Origin: Salpingoeca rosetta
Lineage: Eukaryota > Protista > Choanoflagellata
NCBI GenBank assembly: GCA_033442325.1
Contig: JAWQFM010000001.1
Location: 39,225-103,224 of the forward strand
Reading direction: 5' to 3'
DNA length: 64,000 nucleotides
The translations under genes and the position numbers were made by a program. Each line of letters begins with the position of its first letter. Within the stretch, counting starts at the first letter, position 1. This document shows positions 49,312-64,000 of the stretch, piece by piece. Below the pieces are notes generated by a model, which saw nothing but the letters and a program-made list of their open reading frames with translations, was not told the origin of the DNA and did not search any database.

Positions 49312-52300
49312 TCAGAGGAGCGAGCAGCAGCCGCACATGGACGATGACTGTTCCGTTGCTGGAGACCGGCGTGACTTGGGCTGTGGTGACATGAGCAGGG
49401 GCTCCTTCTCCGTCGTCTGCGTCGCAAATGGAGCCTCGTGCCTGCAGGCACAGACCCAACGGCAACGCAACAGTGTGCGTGCGTGTGAGTGTGTGTGCGC
49501 GTGCGGGCGCGTGTGCGTTTGCGAGTGCGTGTGCGTGTGCGTGTGTGTGTGTGTGCGTTTGCGAGTGCGTGTGCGTGTGCGTGTGCGTCAGTGTGTGTGT
49601 GTGTATATATGTATGTGTGTGTGTGTGAGCAGACGGAGCATGGACAATGGGTTCACGAGGCATGAAGGTCGGCCAAAGCATGTGATTAAAGCTGAGAGAC
49701 ATAAGGGTGACACGAGAGACAGTTAAAGTGTGCATGCACACGGGTGATGGTGGTGCGTTGCTTACACAACAGCTGGGCGCTGGAGCCATTGGTGGCCGGG
49801 CGAGTCGATGAGAGACAAGAGGAAAACGATGGAGGTCAAGGAGAGAGGTGAAGTTGGGGGGAAGGTGAGATGTGAAAGTGAGCGATGAAGCAAGTTGGTG
49901 AGAAGAAGACACACACGAGGGACCAAGGCAGAGATGGAGGAGGGGGGCTGATGTTGGCAGTTCACTACAGGTTGCAAATGGATGTGCGTGTGTGTGTGTG
50001 TGTGGAGGGGGCGGGGCTTTGACGGACCGGCGATGTTGGCGTGGATGCTGAAGCGCTGGAGGAGACGGGACGGCGCGGGCTGGACGACGGCGTCTGCTGT
50101 GCAGCGGTGGACATGCGGTTGCGGCGTGAGAGGAACGTAAGTAATGCAAGACTTGCTGGGTGTAGGGTTGATGGTCGCAAGGGGCGAAGAAGAGCAGGGC
50201 AGGGAAGGGCAGGGGTGAGTAAAAGTAAACGCGTACATGAGACGGTGACAGTGCGGCAGCGGCTGCTCTCCTCTCTGCTTCCTCCTTTGCCTTGCGCTCA
50301 GCCTCGGCCTTCTCTGCCTCCTCCTTTGCCTTGCGCTCAGCCTCGGCCTTCTCTGCTTCCTCCTTTGCCTTGCGCTCAGCCTCAGCCTTCTCTGCTTCCT
50401 CCTTTGCCTTGCGCTCAGCCTCAGCCTTCTCTGCCTCCTCCTTTGCCTTGCGCTCAGCCTCGGCCTTCTCTGCCTCCTCCTTTGCCTTGCGCTCAGCCTC
50501 AGCCTTCTCTGCTTCCTCCTTTGCCTTGCGCTCAGCCTCGGCCTTCTCTGCCTCCTCCTTTGCCTTGCGCTCAGCCTCGGCTTTCTCCGTCTCCTCATCC
50601 ACAACGTCATCTGCTGCCGATTTCGCTGTTGGGCACACACAAACAGCGACACCGTGAGACATGCAAGAAACTTCACTCTCGAAGCACATTCCACACGCAC
50701 ACACATACACACACGCACACACACACGCACGCACACACGCACACACGCACACACGCACACACACGCACACACACACGCACACAATACAGGTACCAACGCC
50801 CTCCGGAGGGCTGCACACCTGAAGGCTCAGGCTCTGGAATCTCAAAGTCCTCTGGCGCGTCTGTGCGGAGAGGGCCGAGCTCGGTGAAATAGGAGGTCAA
50901 CTCGTCCTCCTCAATGCGACCATCACCGTCCATGTCAAGCCGCTCAAATACGCCCTGGGAGCCATGGTTGGTGGTGGTGGTGGTCAACTGAGGAACGCAC
51001 ACGTACGCACACACACGCGTACGCACGCACACACATTCAACTGGATGCATGCACACCCTTCAACGCACGCACGGCATTATGTGTGTGTGTGTGTATCATG
51101 GCAGGTCGCACCTTCCATTTGCCCTCGCCGCGATCCAGGACATATGTTTTGAAGTGCTTGCTTGCCGCAAGGAACTTCTTCAGCTCATTTCGCGAGAGCC
51201 AGCCATTGCCATCATTGTCTGCGTTCACAAACACAAAGCGGGCAAGCTGAGCTGGTGGGATGCTTGTCAGGTTAGCAGACTCGGCCTGCATGTCTTCCTT
51301 CGCCACCTTCTGCTCCTCGTCTTCCTTCTTCGCTTCAGCGCCTTCCACTTGCTCCTTGGAGGAAGTGGTGGCAGGGGCAGTGGCGTCGCTATCGCCAGTG
51401 TCGTTGTCATCCTGGTCACTGTCCACGGCGGTTGTGACAGCCACTTCATCGCGCCTTGTATCGCCTGCTTCTGCCTGCTCGTTGGCGTTCTTGTCCTGCC
51501 CTTCTTCGACCGGCTCACTCGGCGCAGCATCCCCGACGCGCCTCTGTGGTGTTGCTGACAGCAGTGCATCGTCTGCATCGTCTGCATCAGAGCGCTCGTC
51601 CGCTTGGGCCTCATCGCCGTCGTCGTCGTCATCGTCACTGTCTTCAACGGGCATGGCGAGGGCGCTCTGTCGCGCCGCCGCAACGTCGTCCACGGGCTTC
51701 GTGTCCTCTGCACGATCGCCCTGCTCTCGGGTGTCCTGCTGGACAGCTGCATGCGGCACGGATGTACAAACGTGCAAATGTGCAAATGGAACGTTGCGAG
51801 CGTGAATCAGATGTGGAAGAGTTGTTACTCATGCTGCATGCCCTTCACCTCGCAGGCGTGACGCGCGATCTCTCTTCACGACCACACAACAAAGGCAAAC
51901 GAGCAGTTTGAGGAATCGATCTGAGTGCAACGGTATCGAGTCGCACCTGGTTGCTCTGCAGAGCCGGCCTGTGTGGGCTCGACTGCTTGCTGCGTCTCCT
52001 CCTCCTGCTTCTGCTGCTCCTGCTTCTGCTTGTCTTGCTGTTGCTTGTCTTGCTGTTGCTTGTCTTGCTGCTGTTTTTGCTGCTGCTGCTGTTGCTGCTG
52101 CTTTCCGCCTCCTTGGCGGTTCTTGCCTTTGGAGCCCTTCTTTCCTTTCTGTTGCGATTGGCCAAACGCAAAGTGTGTGATGTAGTGTGATGTAGTGTGA
52201 TGTGATGTGTGATTTGCAATCGCCGGTGACCCAAAACCTTCACACCACAGGTCATTGGAAGTACCAAACAAACAAACCAAAGGAATACAAACAAGGGCAG

Positions 52301-52372
52301 CTGGACAGCTGCGCACACACACGCACACACGCACACACACACACACACGCCACTGACACAAACCTTGCCCAT
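49312..52372 (-). CDS. Uncharacterised protein: polybasic N-terminus, two EF-hands, charged 13-aa repeat helix, C-terminal CaaX
   Basis: [12 protein letters not shown]; EF loops [12 protein letters not shown] and [12 protein letters not shown]; ([13 protein letters not shown])x8; last exon ...EKEPLLMSP...MCGCCSLL*. Confidence 0.75.
50275..50585 (-). repeat. Coding 39-nt tandem repeat x8 ([13 protein letters not shown])
   Basis: Near-identical units differing only at synonymous positions. Confidence 0.95.
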
Positions 52373-52554
52373 CTTGGTTGTGGTTGTTCGTCTGGAGCGA
52401 GGGGAAGATTAACTGAAATCATTCACGAATCATCGGCAATGTGGTCCGTTTGGTTTGTGTGTTTGTGTGTGTGTGTGTGTGTCTGTGTGTGTCTGTGTTT
52501 GTGTCTGTGAGTGTGTGTGTCTGCGTGTGTCTGTGTGTCTGTGTTTGTGTGTGT

Positions 52555-52591
<37 letters not shown>

Positions 52592-52783
52592 TCTCTCCTT
52601 TGATGCTTCCACCCCTCGCTTGCTCCATGGCGCATTTGCCAAAGCAACACAACACTAGCTGTGATTTGTAATGACACACGAGCAGGAACACGCTGTGCAC
52701 GCTACGGAGAAAAACACACACACACACGCAAACACACACACACATACACTGAAGAGACCATTGCGACATGCGTGGGAGGGGCG

Positions 52784-53300
52784 TCATGAAGTGAGAAGTG
52801 TTCCTTTTGCAGATGATGATGACGACGACGATGTTTGGTGCTGTCCTTCATCACCCTTCAAGATGAAACCATGGTTAATGGAGGAGAACATGTGGGTGAA
52901 CATGTGTGGGAATTTGACATGTGTGCGAGCGAGAAACGAGAGGTGAGAGGAAAGCAAACAGCCCAACCACAGGAACTAACGTGGGGTTGAAAGTCAAGTG
53001 TACGAAAAGCACACACACACACACTTCAACACACATGAGGGCGCGCACGCCGTGCCACATTTCCCACCTGTGGGCGATGCTGCTTGTTCATTGCTCTGTG
53101 CACCTCGCGTGCATCTGCTTCGTACGACTTGTTCCTGACACTCTGTCCTCCCGTCTGTGTGTACTGCGCGGCAAACAGGGACCCAGCAATCGACTTTTTC
53201 GCGTCCTTCCCGCCCTCACCCGATGATGCCTGCACATGCCCAGGTGGGAGATGTGAGTGCGCGCATGTGAATGTGCAGTGGGAAGACAAGCGCTCTCTTA

Positions 53301-53348
<48 letters not shown>

Positions 53349-54631
53349 GTGGTTGCGCCCGCCCCGTGCACATGCGTGTGCTTGTGCACTCTTTCCATTC
53401 CATACACGCACACGCACACACGCACGCACGCACGCACGCATGCATGCACATGCGCACACATACAACCACACCCTAGCAACCACACAACCACACAACCACA
53501 CAACCACACAACCACACAACCACACAACCACGCACACACACACACACAAATGTACGCGTGTTTCACCTGCATTTCCTCCAGTTCTTCGATGGTGGGGAGG
53601 TTCTTTGCCAGTTCCGACGTCTCGCCAGATTTGAGCAACGCACCTGCAGTCGCGTGCAACATGGAAGAAACACAGAGAGTGGCAGGCAGAGATTACATAG
53701 GCACACAGAGAGAGTGTGTGTGTGATTGTGTGTGTGTGTGTGATTCGTTGGTTGGAAGAGAACATGCATGCAAACACGGCAGATGAGCGGCTAGCCAGCG
53801 CAATGAATACGTACAAGTATGCGCACGCGCACACACACGCACGCACGCATACATGTGCACACATGGTTGATCGAGCACTAACCTTGGCGCAAGAAGTACT
53901 GTTTGGACTTTGAATCTGTTTGATACGCCAGTGGCAAACCACATGTGTTGCACTTCAGGCAATACTGCACCTCCACACCCTTTTCCCTGAAGAAACAACC
54001 CGCACACACACACGCCAGCTTGTGAGTTGGTGCACATCTGTCGAGTGATCGCCACACCAAGTGCCTTTTTGCTCCAGAGCAAAGAAGCTCGTCAAACCAC
54101 AACACAGCCCACAGCAAGACAAACATAAGCAAACAAGACACACGTAAGCAAGCACACACGCAAGCACACGTAAGCAAGCACACACGCAAGCACCATCTCT
54201 CCCTGTCTCCCCTTCTTGCATTCCCTTCTTTCTTTCTTCAGAACAAACAGACCTTCTCACGACGATGGTTTCATCACTGGTCATGTTCAAACTGTACTTT
54301 CCCTTTGACCCATCGAAAAAGGCCGCGCCATCTGTGTTTCGCTTTGGCAGCGTCTCAATCGGTTTCTCTGTGCACATGCGAGCAAGGCCATATCTCCAAT
54401 GAGCAGTGCGTTCGTGCTTGCATCTTCACACATGCCCAGTGGCAGCACACACAACACACGCACACGCAGCAACACAAGACACTCAGCCAAACCCCAGACA
54501 CGATTGCAAATCACACACACGCACAACTGACCTGAGATGAGCGCCAGATGGCCGCACAGGCAGTAGTACACAGGGACATCTGTCTCTGGGACGGCATCCC
54601 GGTCTGTAGAGATGATTCCTCGTCGAGGCAT
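52784..54631 (-). CDS. STEEP1: STING ER exit protein / CXorf56 (UPF0428) homolog
   Basis: VPVYYCLCGHLALI, IETLPKRNTDGA, VRR/EKGVEVQYCLKCNTCGLPLAYQ, SYEADAREV, and the terminal KGTLL motif. Confidence 0.85.
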
Positions 54632-54755
54632 GGCGCGTGTGGAGTTGTGAAGGAAGGAAGGCGAAGGTGACAAGGAGAGTGTGAGACAGAAAGATGCCTG
54701 CGAACGCTTGTTGTGCTGCTGCTTGTGGTTGCGGAAATGTTGTTGGAATTTTTAA

Positions 54756-54771
54756 CCAATTTTCTACAATC
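54756..54771 (-). promoter_or_regulatory. Candidate promoter element GATTGTAGAAAATTGG (second copy)
   Basis: Lies in the 153-nt divergent STEEP1/COA8 spacer. Confidence 0.55.
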
Positions 54772-54784
54772 GCTGTGAGAGGAG

Positions 54785-55568
54785 ATGATGGCCAGCACTC
54801 GCGTGCTTGCACCGCACCCCGTATCGAACCTGCGCAGGATCGAGCGGGTGCCACGCGCAGACGAGACACGCGCAGAGAAGCGCTTGAGGTTACAACTAGA
54901 CGCAGACCATGAGTTCCACCAGCGATTCTGGCACAAGAACAATACGGACTTTAAGCAGGTGTGAATGTGTGTGTGTATGTGTGTGTCTGTGTATGTGTAT
55001 GTGTATGTGTATGTGTGTGTGTGTGTGTCTGTGTATGTGTGTGTGTGTGTGTGTGGCGACGTCTTGTACGTGGAGGCAGCAGTGTGTGTGCAGATGGGAT
55101 ATGCTGGTCAAGAATGCAGTGCTCGCTTCCCTTGCCGCCGATGTACCCATACTCGCAGCGACACCAATGCCCACCACCGCTGAAAGACAAGACATACTTG
55201 GTGTCCCAGTCATTCTGTATGCTCACGGTACATGCCGCGCTGCGCAACATGGCTTCACCCGCTTGCTGTCATAGGCGAGGGAGGCGTTCTTGGAAGAGCA
55301 TCGTGAGGACATGAGTGCTGGGAGGTTGCCAGCGCACTTGATGGCGGAGTTTTACTGTTCATTTCTCGAGGCACATCGCGAAGACCACATCACCTACAAC
55401 TTGGAATGGTGGGGTCGTGCAGCACGCCAAATCCCGCTCTACGTCCACGCATATGTCAGCCGTTTCTTCACTTTTTCCTGGTTGACCCTGCAGCCCCAAC
55501 ATTCTGAGCTGCAGGAAGGCCCATCTTCACAACCCGTGTCCTGCGAACACTGCGGTGCATGTGGATAA
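54785..55568 (+). CDS. COA8: Cytochrome c oxidase assembly factor 8 (APOPT1), 2 exons
   Basis: [10 protein letters not shown]...ET..EKRLR...[22 protein letters not shown]...[24 protein letters not shown]. Confidence 0.82.
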
Positions 55569-55576
55569 TGTGAATC

Positions 55577-55616
<40 letters not shown>

Positions 55617-55629
55617 TGTGTGTGTGCGT

Positions 55630-55660
<31 letters not shown>

Positions 55661-56318
55661 CGTATGCGTGTGCGTGTGTGCGTGTCCGTGAGTGTGTGTG
55701 CGTGTGCGTGTGTGTGTGTGTGTGTCTGTGTGTGTGTCTGTGTGTCTGTGCGTGTCCGTCTGTCTGTGTGTCTGTCGCTCCGTCTGTCTGTCTGCCTGTC
55801 GCTCTGCCTATTATCTGTATCTGTGTGTGTGTGTGTGTGTGTGTATGTGTGCGTCTAATTGCCTGCCTGCTGCCTGCCTAAAGTCTTGTTTTGTTTGCTT
55901 GTGTGTTTTGCACACACACGTGCGCACACGCGTAAACATCCATTCCCACACATGCCTACCCACTTCTTTCTTCCCTCCACGACGTTATACAGGCGCCAGT
56001 TGCTGCGTGACACGTGATGTATTTTTGCCAATGACCGTTGCTTTCCTGCTTGCATGCACATGTGCAGGAATCAAGAATAAACGCACTCTGTTTCAATGCA
56101 AGCGCTTGTTAAGTAACGCGGCGCGGGTGTGACACGCATGGCCCGGCAAGCAAGCAAGTACTTCAGTGCTTGTTGTCAACACCAACAGCGTGCATGGTGT
56201 GGTGGGAGATTTGATATGATGCGTTGTGCTGTGCTATGCTGTGCTATGCTGTGAGCCGCCACCAAACCCACCATGCCGCCTATCCCACGGTTGTGCAGCA
56301 GAGTCAAGCTGATGATGA

Positions 56319-56760
56319 CTAAGATGAAGCAGAGGGGGCGGTGTCCCTGTGTGCGTGTGTGCTCGTGTGTGCGTGTTTCGCGTGGGCGTGTTGGGAGCAC
56401 GTGGGGCAGTTGCTCTTCCACGTTGCGTCGCCGTCGTCGTAAATCTCCTTCTTCCAGATGGGAACTGTCTGCTTCAGCGTGTCAATGCAGTACTCGACCG
56501 CATGCATGGCACCCCGCCGGTGTGCTCCTGACGCCACAATCATCACACTCGCCTCTCCAACAGGAACCTCCCTACAATCACAATCATGTGAACATGTGGT
56601 TGCTCAACGTGACCCTGAACGCATCGCATCCACAAACGCACATACACACGCACATACACACGCGCATACACAAGCACATACACAAGCACACATACACACA
56701 AAACCACAAAAACATGCACGCACACACACACACATACACGCACACACACACACATACACG

Positions 56761-56791
<31 letters not shown>

Positions 56792-57295
56792 GCACACAAG
56801 CACACACACACATACACATATGCACACGCACCCGATTCGGTGCACGATGGCAATGCGATAAATGTCCTGCCATTGCTCACGCATTTGTGCAGCAAGCTTG
56901 CTCATCTCCTTGAGTGCCATGCTTTTGTACGCCTCGTAAAATAGCGTCTTCACACGCCGGCCTTGGAAGTGGTCTCGAGTGGTACCTGTTGATTCAATTC
57001 CAAACACAGTGGACATGTATTCACAGTGATCCCAAATGCAAGCGCACAACAGTGTGTAAACCGGAGGCGGGTGTGCTTGCAACGAAATGCTGCAGGGTGA
57101 GATGCATACACACAAACACACAAACACGCGCACACGTACACACACACCAACACGCACACACGCACCGATGAAGACGCTTGTGCCGCCGGTGCAGCCTGCC
57201 CTGACCCACTGCAGCAGCTTGGCTTCATCAATGCTGGCCTCTGTCACCTGCACCAAATCGTTTGGCGCACCGCCGCCATCATCCTTGTCCTCCAT
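56319..57295 (-). CDS. MOCS2: Molybdopterin synthase catalytic (large) subunit, MoaE family, 3 exons
   Basis: [29 protein letters not shown]...[26 protein letters not shown]...[16 protein letters not shown]. Confidence 0.95.
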
Positions 57296-57346
57296 CACAG
57301 TGATGACGATTTGTGAATGATACCCGCCATTTGTCGCGCGCACTGA

Positions 57347-57428
<82 letters not shown>

Positions 57429-57677
57429 GCCGCTGCTTCGTTTGTCCTGTTGTCGCATCATTTCCTCTCTCCCGCCCCTGGTCTTTCTGTTCGTTGAGCG
57501 GGCTGTCCCTTTATTGTGGCAGCACACAAAGATGGACGTACACCAACGTCCATCCATGAACACACAACACAACAAAACAAAACACACAATACACACACAA
57601 CACAACACAACAAAACAAACACACACACACACACACAAACACACAAACGTTCCCCCCCCCACACACACACACACCCT

Positions 57678-63944
<6,267 letters not shown>

Positions 63945-64000
63945 TCTCGTGGCTGGGCAACGGTGTTTGAGGCTGACACAGGGTGATTGTGAATGGCAAA

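Noticed and set aside
50275-50585. 39-nt array as CRISPR-like or TolA-like
   Set aside because: A contiguous coding repeat without spacers, in a spliced eukaryotic gene.

Overview
Eukaryotic, intron-dense, GC-rich DNA saturated with (CA)n/(TG)n microsatellites. Gene content and sequence style point to a choanoflagellate, most likely Salpingoeca rosetta (inference, no database search). Most ORFs in the supplied track are microsatellite artefacts, so I rebuilt the genes by hand from GT-AG exons. I find 19 protein genes and one tRNA, in order: an uncharacterised gene, SNAP-25 (partial), TRAPPC11 (3' missing), RPP38-like, dolichol kinase (3' missing), a His/Asp-rich unknown (3' missing), tRNA-Arg(ACG), ACP6, RPL7-like, RPAIN, an ankyrin-RING protein, a CHST-like sulfotransferase, RPS4, a DUF707 protein, HMIT/SLC2A13, Akt/PKB, an EF-hand/charged-helix/CaaX protein, STEEP1/CXorf56, COA8, MOCS2B and a ~1960-aa PFOR-flavodoxin-sulfite reductase fusion. 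The most notable observations are: (1) the sulfite reductase carries a near-complete but degenerate PFOR scaffold and sits next to molybdopterin synthase; (2) the Akt has Asp at the S473 hydrophobic-motif position; (3) an exact 16-mer is shared by two tiny bidirectional promoters, alongside a recurring AAGATTA motif; (4) a 14-nt microexon sets the frame for a prenylated C-terminus; (5) splice donors are mostly GTRYGT, with polarised UG/CA repeats in the introns; (6) SNAP-25 has a 118-nt Cys-cluster exon matching vertebrate exon 5; (7) two sites look like assembly collapses at CA repeats. Exon boundaries were read by eye and internal coordinates may be a few bases off.
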